From positions 47,430,001 to 47,494,000 of the forward strand of contig NC_042998.1 of the NCBI RefSeq assembly GCF_006345805.1: 64,000 nucleotides of DNA, in the 5' to 3' direction. The notes beneath the pieces are model-generated. The model ran no database searches and was not told the DNA's origin. It saw only the letters and a list, made by a program, of their open reading frames with translations. Made by a program: the position numbers and the translations under genes. Source of the DNA: Octopus sinensis (taxonomy: Eukaryota). Positions 38,928-52,224 of this stretch are shown in pieces; within the stretch, counting starts at the first letter, position 1, and every line of letters begins with the position of its first letter.

Positions 38928-41116
38928 GTATACACGGACGAAACCTTTGCATTAAAAACATGTTAAGTCTATTCTCCATGAAGTAATTGCAACATCTTTA
39001 ATATCTGTCACTTCAAAGGCATGAACTTGTAGACAACAAAATAGAACGGGGATTCCAACATATTCCTTTAGTGATTATTATTGCAACTTTATATTAAAAC
39101 ATTCAGTAAGGCACCTTACCAGTATACTATCAAGATATGAATGAACGGTGAGCCTCTACTTGGCCACCATCTGCTATAAATAGCAGCAAGATGACCTTCA
39201 GGTTTCACCCTCACTGGAGTACTTTTGATACTTGTGATCGACAAGGTTGACTTAAGATAAACGAAGCACCAGGGATTCAAATGCAATATCATTTACAATC
39301 GAATATCGATTGGTCCATAGCAGAATACACGTTATCGCACATTAATGCTTTTGCAATGAGCAATCTCTCTCCTTCTCAGAAGTATAACTTTCTATAAAAC
39401 TCGTTTCATGTTTTATTTTACTAATAACCGTGAAGAACTTGTCTTGACAAAGTTATGCCTTGAAAAGACATGTCCTTGAAAGAGCATATTTTAGGGTTGT
39501 TCAAATTACATAAAAGTATGTGCATTTTTTTAAAGCTGTTAGCGATTTTTGATAACATGTCGGATTTGATGAATACTTGAAGTAAATTTAATTTTTATTT
39601 ATTGAGGAATTCCCAAATACCAATTGACAAAGGATTTAGCGAACACTGAAATTTAGTCTTAACAGTAAAGGCGAAAAGTAATTCATCGACATCGAAACTT
39701 CATAAACAAGAGAACATTTCATTTATTTATGGGTTTTATTCACATATTAGGGATATTTTTATATTTGCATTAGTTTATATGGATGAAAGGGCTATGAAAC
39801 ATGAGTAACGTTTTTCTTTAACATAGAACTGGTAGCATAAAGGCAGCATGCGTTTTTGTGTGGTAATTGATAAAGATATAATACATTGTGCGCCTGGCAA
39901 AAAATACATGAAAAATTTGTCTCACGTTTTTCTACGCTACTGAAAATAAGCAGTTAAAACTTGATTTTCTGATTCAATGTTGGTTTATCATATTTCGATA
40001 TTTTGTGAATATTTTTGCATACATATTGTTAGACCGTTTTGTTAATCCAACTGTTTCAACAATTGAAAACCTGAAACTCAGTTACAATACAAATCGCTTT
40101 AACTCTCAGTAACATTACATTATATATCGCAAGCAATTACCTATTAACATTACACTACATATTCCATGAACCTTGAAGCAAAAGACTGAAATTAAAATAA
40201 ACAATTGAGTTGAATATGTAATCTTGCAATAAACCCTTCTTTACATTTAATGCTCATAAAGTCGATTTATTTATCACCCTAAATGCAAGTTAGTAAGGAA
40301 AGTTATTTCTCTTTCACTGTGGAATAAAAAGTTTTCCAGCATAGAGTAGTTCATAAGTGTCAACGATAGTCAATTTGCAAATTCACATAGTTCAATATAA
40401 TTGAACTTTACCTCACCTACCGAAAAAGCTGATCTTCTTTATAAGTCCTTAACTTTCGCTAGTAATTTTATAGAAATCAGGGAATCCAATATAAACATCA
40501 TTGTGCATGCATGTAAATAACTTCTAATTTTTGATAATTTATTTTTGGATAAAAATAAAGGCGACGAAATATTTTGCAAGGTCATTAAAATTTACATTTT
40601 TACCTTCAAATGTGTCTCTACTTTGCGAGGAAATTTTATACAAGACCGATGGCCAAACAGTCTCACATAATTCAAGATTTAGAAAAATTTAGAACAAGCA
40701 AAACATAAGGTTATGCATCATACCAATCTTAGTTTATCTCCGTTTAGTTAACTTTCTGACTCCTGCTTAAAAATTAGATACGCATAAATTATTTTACACA
40801 AAACCACATGAAAGATTACATTACAGAAATAAAAAATCGAGCCACTCTCCAAGAATCTTACCAATCACTATTGGTACTCGTAAATATACATTTATATTAG
40901 ACGTGTTTGTTTGTTGGCAGGTTCCTAGTCACAGTAGTTGCAAAGCTTATTTTTGTTGGTAGTGGTGTTTTCTTTAGATTTCTGCTGTGGCTAACCCATC
41001 TCTTTTCAATCTCTGACCATGCATCATACTGATGCTTCCGCAAAATATCAATATAAATATACATTTACTCATATTTTGTGTTGTAGTTTTACCATTTGAC
41101 TCGCAATACCTGTATG

Positions 41117-41164
<48 letters not shown>

Positions 41165-41209
41165 TGTGTCTGTGTGTGTATGTGTGCATGTGTCTGTGTG
41201 TTTGTGTGT

Positions 41210-41518
41210 ATACATATATAAATAAATAAATATATATATATATTAATGACAATATATATAATCATATATGAATATATATATATATATATATATACATATA
41301 TATATACATATAGATATATAAATATATATGCATAAATATGTATCTATAAATATATATAATATATATATAATAAATATATATAAAAAATATATATATATAT
41401 AATATTATATATATATATAATATAAAATATATATAAATATAAATTATATATATATATATATAATAAATATATATAAATATAAATATATAATATATATATA
41501 TATATATTATATATATAA

Positions 41519-41555
<37 letters not shown>

Positions 41556-41600
41556 AATATAAATATAATATATTATATATATATATATATATATATACAA

Positions 41601-41639
<39 letters not shown>

Positions 41640-41650
41640 AATATAAATAT
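41210..41650. repeat. Long degenerate (TA)n tract
   Basis: Seen directly in the sequence. Confidence 0.95.
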
Positions 41651-41651
41651 A

Positions 41652-42290
41652 CTAGCAGTATCGCCCGGCGTTGCTTGGGTTTGTAAGGGAAATAACTATA
41701 TAAGCATTTTTAGAGAGTTATAGCCAAAAGATAGCAAAAAATGCATTAAAAATGGAAAAAATATGATGGTAAATTTTTTGAAAAATCGTTGACTCATCGT
41801 AGACATTTTTAGAGAGTTACTTCCCTTATATAATAGCGAAAAAATGCATTAAAATGGAAAAAAAAACGATGGTAAATTTTTTTTTTAAATCGTAGACTCA
41901 TGTAGACGCTTTCTTAGCCATTTCTGTTTTGGTGTCTTCAAGCCATGAAGTCGTTGTTCTAAAAGAACGCTGGTCTCCTTGACAACGCATTACGACATTG
42001 ATTTCCTTGCACTCCCTTCCCCACAGGTGCAGGTGTGAGCGTGGATGCCAACTCCGCCGCCATCGACACACGAAAAATTATGCATTAAAATGGAATAAAA
42101 AATGATGTTAAATTATTTTTAAAATCGTAGACTCATCGTAGACGCGCGCTAATACTCAGACGGGCTCGATATGAATTACGACTATAAGCTACCCGAATTT
42201 GGTTAAACTGCACCGCAAAATGTGGGAGTAGTTAGGAATCTAAATCGAAGGGGACAGACACTCACACAACTACAGTTTTATATATATAGA
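41652..42290 (-). mobile_element. Non-autonomous Helitron, apparently complete
   Basis: Minus strand begins A|TCtatatatataaaac and ends with an imperfect hairpin cccaagcaacgccggg then CTAG|T. Three internal subrepeats (atgcattaaaatggaa...aaatcgtagactcat). Confidence 0.8.
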
Positions 42291-42302
42291 TATACATAGC
42301 GC

Positions 42303-42715
42303 AGTAGTGGTGAGATGTGACAGCAAAGAAAAGCATACATTCACTCTCTGCATGCAATTAGACTCGGAAAGTTCGTGAGGAACCCATTGACCCAATTTGC
42401 TGACTTTTCCGATAGCACACAGGTCTCAATGAATGGTTGAATGACCAAATCCAAGCTTCTCTGCTAGTTCCTCAACAGTTACGATGAGATATTGTTCCAC
42501 CAGGGTTTTCAGGATGTCCTTGTCGAGTTCTACAGATCTTTCAGGATGAGGCTCGTCTTCTAGGCTGTTCCAATATAGCTTTGAAAAAAATAGCTGTTAA
42601 AATCGAAATGCACTCTTCAAAACTTGCACTATGAATAAGGACAAGATAAAATTACTACCTGCTTTTATAGCAAGTTAATATAAGTAGTTTATCCCATTCC
42701 CCTCTGACTTTTAGT
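42303..42715 (-). mobile_element. mariner transposase fragment (coding about 42303-42568) with probable 5' UTR
   Basis: Minus strand reads SLEDEPHPERSVELDKDILKTLVEQ...TVEELAEKLGFGHSTIH*DLCAIGKVSKLGQWVPHELSE; WVPHEL is the mariner signature. Confidence 0.9.
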
Positions 42716-42912
42716 TCAAGCTGTATGTGTGTGAACAATAATATTTTCAACAGATGTGTTGCAAATGTATCTGATTGTTCTCAAGCTTCAATACTGTGTG
42801 TGTGTGTATGTGTGTGTGTGTGTTGTATGTATGTATGTATGTATATGTATGTATGTATATGTATGTATGTATGTTTGTTTGTGGTGTATGTATGTGTGTG
42901 TGTATGTATGTA

Positions 42913-42943
<31 letters not shown>

Positions 42944-43410
42944 ATGTATGTATGTATGTATGAGTGTATGTTTACTTTATTACTAACACAAGCCAGTACG
43001 GTTATTTAATGTAAAGTCTTCCTCAAATCACTATCTCTGGCTATTTACTCTCTTCCAAGAACATTTTCATTCACACTTATGTGTTAGCTTCCCATACATT
43101 TTACTCATGTTTCTATCAGCGTGATAGAGAGAAACAAATATTACATCTAGTTTCACTTTATTCGTTGCCCACTGTGTGTGTGCGTTTGCGTGTGGTGTAA
43201 ACCAGACTAAGAAAAGCATTTGACACACACACCAGAATGTGAGTTTTCTGTAATTTTGCTTAATTGGAGTTTAAATTTTAAAAACTGGACCTGGCATGAC
43301 GCGATGCATTGTACTCTTAAAAATGGTAGGTAAATTGTAATTGAAGAAATCCTATATTGTATATTTGTATAACTCCCAAGGGAGGCAGATAAAATCTGCC
43401 TTTTATAATA

Positions 43411-43583
<173 letters not shown>

Positions 43584-46500
43584 TTGATTGATTGATTGAT
43601 TGATTCTAGTTTCAGCTTATGAGCTGTGGCCATGCTGGGGCACCGCCATTTGGTGTTGCTACTTGGTTTCACATCATGGAGGCTTTCTAGCAACTGCTAT
43701 TTGGTGCATGAGAGAGTTCGATGCAGCTGCCCTCATCTGCCCCTCCTGCCGTGAAGTTGGTTCATCTGGGACACCTGACAGGAAGAGATCCAGCTTCATT
43801 TTAAAGACATCTGTATCCACCCCATGCAGGTCTCTCAGGTTCTTCGGAGGATATTGAAGAGCTGTGGGCCTCGGAAGCCCAGGCTATCACAGAATCTTGT
43901 CCTACATCTTGATGGCAGGTTTGGAGTCCTAGGCACCACGCAGTGGCGCCCAGTTCTGGCATTTGCGTAACTCTCGATGCCAAAGTTCAGGACACTTCCC
44001 TCCAGGATCTTCCAGATGTATATTATGGCATATCTTTCCCGCCTACGCTCCAGGGAATATAATTTTAATCTCTTGAGTCTTTCCCAGTAACTTACATTCT
44101 GCATAGAGGCTATCTTCTTTGTGTAGCTTCGTTGGATCGCCTCAAGTTCTGTGATCAACTTGACACTGGATGGTGACCATAGCTGAGAGCAATAGTCAAA
44201 GTGGCTTAGGACAAGTGTCTTCCAGAGGACCATCATGGTTTTTTGTTCTCTTGTTCTAAAGGTTCTAAGAATCCATCCAGCCAGCCGTCTACATTTCATT
44301 GTCAGTTTAGCAACATGTACATGAAAGGTCGCGTCATCACTCATGTGAATACCCAGGTCACGCACTGATTGTGCCTCTGGGTTTGCAATCCTCCGGGTCC
44401 AGTGTATTCATTGGGTATTGCATTCAGTTTTGCATGCTGATAGTATAAAGCTTGAAACTTTCCAGCATTGAACTGCATGCTATTCTTTTCAGCCCACTTG
44501 TATATTTCGTCCAGCTCACATTGCAGGTGTTTAGTGTCCTCAGGGTTCTGTATTGCCTGTGAAACTTTTGTATCATCTGCATAACTTGTGATCGTGGCTC
44601 TCTGCGTGGCTGAGGGCATGTCTGAGAGGGCCATTATGAACAGTAGTGGTCCCAGAACAGTGCCCTGCGGAACACCGCTCACTATTTGTGTGTTAATGGA
44701 GGTGGCCCCATTGGCTACTACCACCTGACTTCTATCCTTCAGAAAGTCATGAAGCCATTCTCCCAGTTTTCCAACTATGTTGAGATCACGCAGTTTGTGA
44801 CATATCATTCCATGATCGACTTTATCAAAGGCCTTTGCGAAGTCGAGATATATCACTTCCACATTTGAGTGGTTGAGCAGCCGTTTCAGCACCCAGTCAT
44901 AGTGTTGTAGGAGCTGAGTTAAACAGCTTCTCCCTGGTCGGAAACCATGTTGGGTGTCGGGCAGCAAGTCATTCTCTTCAAGGAAGGTGATCAGCTTCCT
45001 TCTGACTATTCGTTCCATGACCTTGCTGATGTGTGAGGTCAGAGAGATAGGTCTATAGTTCTTGGCTTCCGCTCTGCTACCTCCTTTATGAATGGGGCAT
45101 ATTTTACCTTCCTTCAGTTTTCCTGGAAGTTTGCCAGCTGCAAGGAAGCTCTGAAAGAGGAACTGCAGTGGTCTTGCTAGGACTCTCTTACATGCTTTTA
45201 GGAGGATTGCCGGGAATCCATCGGGGCCAGTAGCTGAGTCTGTTTTCATTTCATCTATAGCCTTGGTTACATCGTCTTCCTTTATATCGATGTAATCTAT
45301 CGTCGCCGCCTCTGATTTTATATCTGCAGTGGTAAAAAAGTCAGTTGGATTGGTGATTTGGAGATGCCCAAGGGGTGGAGTGAAAACACTCTTGAATTGC
45401 TCATTCAGTATTTCACTTACCCTCATTGGTTTTCCTGTAAGTGTGCCATCCTTTTCGAGGAGTGGCCCTATTCTACAGTGCACTGTAGCTGTTTCTTTGG
45501 CATACCTGTAGAAAGCTCTGGGGTTAGATTTTATGTTTTCTATAGCCCAGGCTTCTTTGTCTGCTCTTTCTTTTTCATGGGAGAGTTGCAGACATTTTTC
45601 GATTTCCAACAGTTTTATTTTTAGGCGGGACTTTTCACTGCTTTCAATCTGTTTGTTTAGGCGATTTGAAAATTTCGTACGCCGTCTCATTAAAATTTTC
45701 CTCTCTCTGGGGATTTTGTTCTTGTGTACAGTGGCCTTTCTCTCTGGGACACATTTGTAGCATATGGCTTGCATTACAGACATGAATTGTTGAAGTTTCA
45801 CGTCGATGTCTGGCGAGGAGAGACATTTAGGCCAGTTTTGTTTGAGGATCTCTTTCTCAATTTGTTTCCAGTTTGCCTTATGGTAGTTCAAGCTGGAAAG
45901 ATTTTGAGGGTTTCTTGTAGGCTGCATGTCCGTGCTCTCTTTTGGCCCGTACATGGTCAGCTCTATCATGTTGTGATCCGAGAGTAGTGTCGGTGTCACT
46001 TTCACATTATGGATGAGATCCATGTCATTTGTGAAGCAGAGATCCAGTGTGTTACCTGCCCTGGTTGGTTGGAGTATTACCTGCTCCATGTACAGGGTGT
46101 TGATGAGGTTCAGGAGGGACCTCGCCTGTCCTCGTTCACATCTTGTCATTCCTGGGAGAGAAAGGTCGTCGGGCCATCTGACATTGGGCAGATTGAAGTC
46201 TCCCATAAGAAGCACACCTATGTGTTGTTCTAATGTGGTTAGAATTTCTTCTATTTTTATAAGGCAGTCTTCAAACTTGCCCACATGGCTTGGGGCATCT
46301 GGAGGGCGATATGTAGCACACACAACTACATCAAGTTGCCTAATATGTACAATTAGTGTGTCACACACCGAGTTTGAGTATGACAAGAGGACCTGGGGTG
46401 TGAGGTCCTCACGGATGTACATAGCAACACCTCCATGACTCCTTTCTTTCCTGTCGGTCCGTAGTACAGCATACTGTGGTATGTGTAACTCCGCATCTGC

Positions 46501-46897
46501 TATGTCCGGTTTCAGGTGCGTTTCTGTAAGTGCTATGCATAAGGCTTGATTGCATGCAACAAAGTCTCTCAGGAACGGGATCTTTGTCCTGTTACTGAGT
46601 GTTTGCAGTCCTCTGATGTTCAGTAGGAGTATCGAGGTGAGGTGTACGTTGTTGCCGGCGGTTGTCCATCCTGTGTCTGTTTGCTGTGGTGGTCTGGTAT
46701 ATAGTGGGTAGTCCCACCTGCGGGCTTGGGTTTGATGAAGCCAGGTCAGCTGCTGTACAATCTTTTGTGCCATGCACAAAAAAGATTGTTGCTCAGCAGC
46801 TGCTCTTTCGACAACATCATGTTGGCTGTTTGTGGCGCGCACAACATCTGCGTACCTCCGCTTTGGGGCAGGTGGTGCGTGGTCCATCCCTTTTCTT

Positions 46898-46900
<3 letters not shown>
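43584..46900 (-). mobile_element. CR1/L2-group LINE, 5'-truncated, near-intact ORF2, (CAAT)n tail, embedded in (TA)n
   Basis: APE plus RT domains, a 3' stem-loop at 43605-43650, and the microsatellite tail. Confidence 0.95.
43674..46887 (-). CDS. LINE ORF2 (AP endonuclease + reverse transcriptase), interrupted by two 1-bp deletions (about 44390 and 43847)
   Basis: 848-aa ORF with [48 protein letters not shown] and YADD. It continues in 43835..44365 and then in a third frame to the TGA at 43674-43676. Confidence 0.9.
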
Positions 46901-46952
<52 letters not shown>

Positions 46953-46957
46953 TATAT

Positions 46958-47031
<74 letters not shown>

Positions 47032-47114
47032 ATCAATAATACAGTGATTGTTTCTTATCAGGAACAAAATGTTTAATACGACTGCTATAGAAGTGCTCAA
47101 TTGAATGAGATAAA

Positions 47115-48016
47115 TATATCAAACTAAGGTTGCAGAACAAACAAATACAAGCTCATCCACGTTACATTTAATCATAGAATATACATGTATAACATCACGG
47201 AAGATGAAACATAACTCATCTGTACAAGCATATAAGAAAGTGCGAGAAAAGGTCAAAAGTTAATACTTTAGCGATTAAGAAATATATATATTTTTAAAAA
47301 CATTACAACACCTAGAATAATAAATACGTAAAAATATAAAGTATAAAGTAATATATAGATATATAGGTATATAAAAATATATAAATATATATATATAGGA
47401 AGCATATAAATAAGGAATGTATAATATATAAGGTAAGATAAAAGTTCATCGTTTAGAATTTTTTTTTTAATTACTTTTCAGATAAGGGAAACATATAGTT
47501 AAAAGCCAGTGTCCAAGCAAAAAAGAAGAAACCATATTTACATTCCCTATGGCCATTTCAGTGGTACATTACTGTATTTAATGCACGAGGGTGCATCACA
47601 ATAATAACTGGTTAAGGAGGTCTCGCCCTGATACGTGATGTCTGTCTCTCTACTTTTCCCCTGAAGAAGGAGTTATTATTGTGATACACCCTCTTGCTTT
47701 ATATACAGTAACGTACCCCTGAAATGGCCATAAGGAATGTAAATATGGTTTCTTCTTTTTTGCTTGGACACTGGCTTTTAACTATAGGCTTCCCTTATCT
47801 GAAAAGTAATTTTTAAAAAATTTTCTAAACGATGAACTTTTATCTTATTATACATTTCTTATTTCTTTCTCGCACTTTCTTATATGCTTTTACAGACGAG
47901 TTATGTTTCATCTTCCGTGATGTTATACATGTATATTCTATGATTAAATGTTCGAGATATGAAATGTTACGTGGATGATCTTGTATTTGTTTGTTGTGCA
48001 ACCTTAGTTTGATATA
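47115..48016. mobile_element. Penelope-like inverted pseudo-LTR pair (fold-back)
   Basis: 47115-47608 is an imperfect reverse complement of 47671-48016; the left arm has an extra segment of about 160 bp. Flanked by (TA)n and contains a hammerhead motif. Confidence 0.8.
47656..47737 (+). ncRNA. Type I hammerhead ribozyme motif, intact core
   Basis: ttccc CTGAAGA aggag...cccct GAAA tggcca TA aggaa. Palindromic stem III atggccat. The inverted arm preserves gggaa, which pairs perfectly with ttccc. Confidence 0.8.
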
Positions 48017-48081
48017 TATATATAATATATATGTATATATATGTATATAAATATATATATATATATATATATAATATATAT

Positions 48082-48159
<78 letters not shown>

Positions 48160-48161
48160 GT

Positions 48162-49188
48162 ATTTGTTTCATCTCAGAGTTGCGGCCATGCTGATGCACC
48201 GCCGTTTTGTGCTACACTGTTATTACTAAGAGCCTCCTCTAATATGTAGCTCTTGGTGAAGAATGGAGTTTGATATAGCTACCCTCATTTGCACCTCTGG
48301 CCGTGAGGTACGTTCATCTGGGACTCTCGACAGGAAGATGTCCAGCTTTGATTTAAAAACCGCTACATCTACTTTGTGCAAGTTCCTCAGACTCTTTGGG
48401 AGAATATTAAAAAGCTGTGGGCCCTTGAAACCCAGGCTGTTGCAGAAGCTGGTCCTGAAGCGTGATGGCATTGCTGGGATCTTTGGCACTATACAGTGTC
48501 GTCACGTTCTAGCATTGGTGTAGCTTACAATGCAAAAATTTGGCACAATTCCTTCCAGGATCTTCCAGACATATATTACTGTATACCTCTCCCGTCTTCT
48601 CTTCAGGGAGTAGAGTCTTAGCTGTTTCCACCTTTCCCAGTAGCTGAGCTGTTGCAAAGAGACGATCTTCTTTGTGAATCTTCTCTGCATTGCTTCAAGG
48701 TCCGCTGTTAATTTTACACTGGTGGGTGACCATAGCTGTGAGCAGTAATCCAGGCGGCTGAGGACGAATGTCCGTTGGAGGACCATCATGGTTTCCTTAT
48801 CTCTGGTTCTGAATGTTCTTAGGATCCACCCAGCCAGTCGTCTGCACTTTGTCGCCATCCTGGCAATGTGCACTTGGAAAGAGGTATCATCACTCATGTC
48901 GATACCCAGGTCGCTCACAGACTTAGGCTCTGGGATTGAAATTCCCTGTGGACCGGTGTATCCTGTAAGTTTAATATTCAGTTTTGGATGCTGGTAGCGC
49001 AGGGCCTGGAATTTTTCAGCATTAAACTGCATATTATTATCCTCAGCCCATCTGTAGATTGAGTCCAACTCCTGCTGCAGGTGTACAACATCGCTGGGGT
49101 TCTGTATTTTCTGCGAGACTTTCGTATCGTCTGCGTAGCTGGCCAGAGTGGCTATTCGAGCATTTGCGGGCATATCTGAGAGGGCCAC
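48162..49188 (-). mobile_element. CR1/L2-group LINE 3' fragment (RT C-terminal half), sister subfamily of 43584-46900
   Basis: ALSDMP...SYADDTK...YSLKRRRERY with one in-frame stop (GGA>TGA at about 48503). 3' tail ggcggtgcatcagcatggccgc. (TA)n on both sides. Confidence 0.93.
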
Positions 49189-49242
<54 letters not shown>

Positions 49243-49251
49243 TATATATAA

Positions 49252-50525
49252 ACTTAGATATGTTTCGACCAAAGATTGGTCCAGGCCATGTCTAACCTAA
49301 TAGCACCACCTAATAGGATTACCTAAATCCTGTTTAAGTCAAGTTTTGTTCATGGTCCATTCAAGTAATGAGTTTTTGTTGGGTGAGTTGTATCCAATTA
49401 TGGGTGGCTTATCTGGTATTCCTTGAAGAAATCTATCCAGACACCGTTTAAAGTTGAAGGGATCCTTTTCCTCTTTGATCTCTTTCGGGACAATGTTAAA
49501 TAGGGCAGGGCCTGTTGAGGAAAAGAAATTATGTTGCAGTGTACATGTATGCCGTGATCTTGAATTGGGCAGGGGACGTATGGCACGTGGTCCCAGTCTT
49601 GGATGGACCTTGAAGCTAATGTTCAGGTCGTTTGGGCAAAGTTGGCGGTATATTCTCCACATCGTACAAATGATGAACCGCTCACGACGACGCTGGAGAG
49701 AGTAGAGTTTCAAGGCTTTAAGGCGGTCCCAATAATCGAGAGCAGCTATGCCTTCAATTCGTTTAGTGAGTGCCCTCTGGAGTGATTCAATCCTCGAGAT
49801 GTTTTGTCTTGTAAGGGGAGACCACAGTGCGCAGTAGTATTCGAGGTGTGGCCGTACAAAGGAGGAGAAAAGTGGTATGATGACACCTTGTTCTCTGGAC
49901 CGGAAAGTTCTTAAGATCCAGGAACTCATCCTCCGAACTATATCGACCTTATTGTTGATGTGTGCACTCCAACTGTGATCGTCATCAACAATTACACCCA
50001 GGTCTCTGATATTGTTAGAGGCTGTGAGCGGTTCCCCTGAAGGAAGAGAGTATGGCTGTTTTAGTAAGGAATTTCTTCCAAAATGCATCAGCTCAAATTT
50101 TCCCTCGTTCAGTTGCATTTTGTTTCTGTCTGCCCATTGACTCACAGCAAATAGATCAGACTGGAGTTGAGTTCGGTCTGATTCTTCATTGACGATTTGC
50201 TGGAGCTTAGTGTCATCAGCAAATATTTTCACTTTGCAGTAATGTACGACACTGGAAAGGTCGTTTATGTAAATTATAAAGAATAGCGGGCCCAAGACAG
50301 TCCCCTGGGGGACACCGCTGGTGACTTTTGCTGGGCTTGAGTGGACTCCATCATCTACAACATGTTGTGTTCTATTCGCCAGGAAATACTTAATCCAGTG
50401 TAGAAGTTTTCCACGGATTCCAACATTTGCCAATTTTGAGTGTAGGATATTATGGTCTATCCTGTCGAACGCTTTACTGAAGTCAAGATATATGACGTCA
50501 GAGTTCGAACCTGTTCCCAAGGCTT
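49252..50525 (-). mobile_element. CR1/L2-group LINE 3' fragment, distinct family, uninterrupted 393-aa RT segment (49339..50520)
   Basis: [32 protein letters not shown]. 3' UTR hairpin gacca-atctt-tggtc. Confidence 0.93.
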
Positions 50526-51011
50526 TGTAACCTCATGTTTGCGTAGTGAACTTCTTAAACACACAGCTACTCAGCTATGCCTGTGTCCATACATGCATAC
50601 ATACATACAAACACACATACAAAATTGAAACTGGATTATTGAAGAACAAGTTAAACTCTATTACACACAGGATGTAAAAGCGCTTAACTAGGCTCTCTTG
50701 TATATTTAGTCCAATCTTATTATCTACCACATAAGTGCCTTTGTCTTAATTAATTGCGTTACTAAGGATCCATCGTCTGTCCCATAATATTATTTGGGCG
50801 GATTTAGCTGCACAATGAAACCTAACAAAACGCTCTTCAGTTGTATAGAGCTTTGATTGTTCAGAATGGTTATCAATGATGATTCTGGGTCCCAAATAAA
50901 TGTAATGAGACTAGAAGTGTTATGTACCAGATAGTTTGGGTTTTTTGCAAATATTTACTTCATATTCCGTATACATTTCTATTTCCTGATTGCTTTAAAC
51001 TGTGATCATAT

Positions 51012-51389
51012 TGTTGTTGCTGCTGCTGTTGTTGTTGTTGTTGTTGTTGTTGAGCGAACGGTCTTCGTCCCAGGGCTCGCAAGATGGGAGAAGTCCGAAA
51101 CGTGGTCCTTTGCTATTCGTAAGAAGAGAAAGCAGGTCAACCCCCGACACCGAGAGCATCGACGGATGGATGAATACGCATCCACGCTCAGCGTTTGCGT
51201 AAGAAGTCGGGGACAAGAAACAGGAAGAAAGAGTGAGAGAAAGTTGGAGCTAAAGTGTACAACAGGGGACACGTGGAGCTTTAAGTGTTTTCGTTTAATA
51301 AACACACAGAACGCCAGGTCTGGGAATCGAAACGGCGATCCTCCGACCGCGAGTCCGCTGTCCTAACCATTGGGCCATTGCGCCTCCAC
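51012..51389 (-). mobile_element. tRNA-derived SINE with (CAA)n tail
   Basis: Minus strand starts gtggaggcgcaatggcccaatggttagg (A box)...gtttcgattccc (B box) and ends in a (CAA)n/(CAG)n tract. Confidence 0.8.
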
Positions 51390-51993
51390 GTGTTGCTGCT
51401 GCTGCTGCTGTGGTTCTTTTGGTTGTAGCTGTATTTAGCACATTGTTACAGTTTCTATTCAGCATTAAAAATTATGTTACTGCTACCGGTAGTGTTATTG
51501 TAAATTTATGGGGTTACGGTGGTTGTAGTTACTAAATATTCATTGTTCACGTTATAGTGATATTAGAAGACAATGTGCGACTGGATACTCTTGAAGATGT
51601 AATTTCTTTGCGTAACCGAGTCATGATATTAGAAGAATAATCTTTTGTTCCTCCCTTTTTTCTTTTGTACTTTTCCCATAGCTTCAATGTTGTAATGAAT
51701 GGCAGCATGTCTTGTGTTAAACTTTATATTATTAAAATTTGTGATGCACATCACAGCACGGATCCTAATAATCTGGATATGTATTATACACATGAATCCT
51801 TAAATCCTTAAAAATGTTTCAGCCCGAAGGCCACGGCCATGCTGGGGCACGTTCATGTTCATGTTATCAAATTGTTCGCTTCGCATTCATGTTCTTTCAG
51901 AAACAATCCCACTGGACGACAACTTCGGAAAGTGAATTTCATCATTGCTTTGGATAGATCCTTGTGATTGAAGTGAGAATAGACAGAGCTGTT

Positions 51994-52224
51994 GTTTCTT
52001 TGCTGCCCACAAGGGGCTACACACAGAGTGGACAATCAAGGTCAGACAAACGGATTAAGTCAATTATATCGGCCCCAGTGCGTAACTGGTACTTATTTAA
52101 TCGACCCCGAAAGGATGAAAAGCAAAGTCGAGCTCGGTGGAATTTGATCTCAGAACGTAGCGTCAGACGAAATACTGCTAAGTATTTCGCCAGGCGTGCT
52201 AACGTTTTTGCCAGCTCGCCACCT
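51994..52224 (-). mobile_element. SINE family B monomer
   Basis: Reverse complement of 4597-4828. Confidence 0.88.

Noticed and set aside
51310-51389. tRNA gene (also the heads of SINE families A, B and C)
   Set aside because: A/B boxes are present but there is no complete cloverleaf, and each continues into a SINE body and tail.
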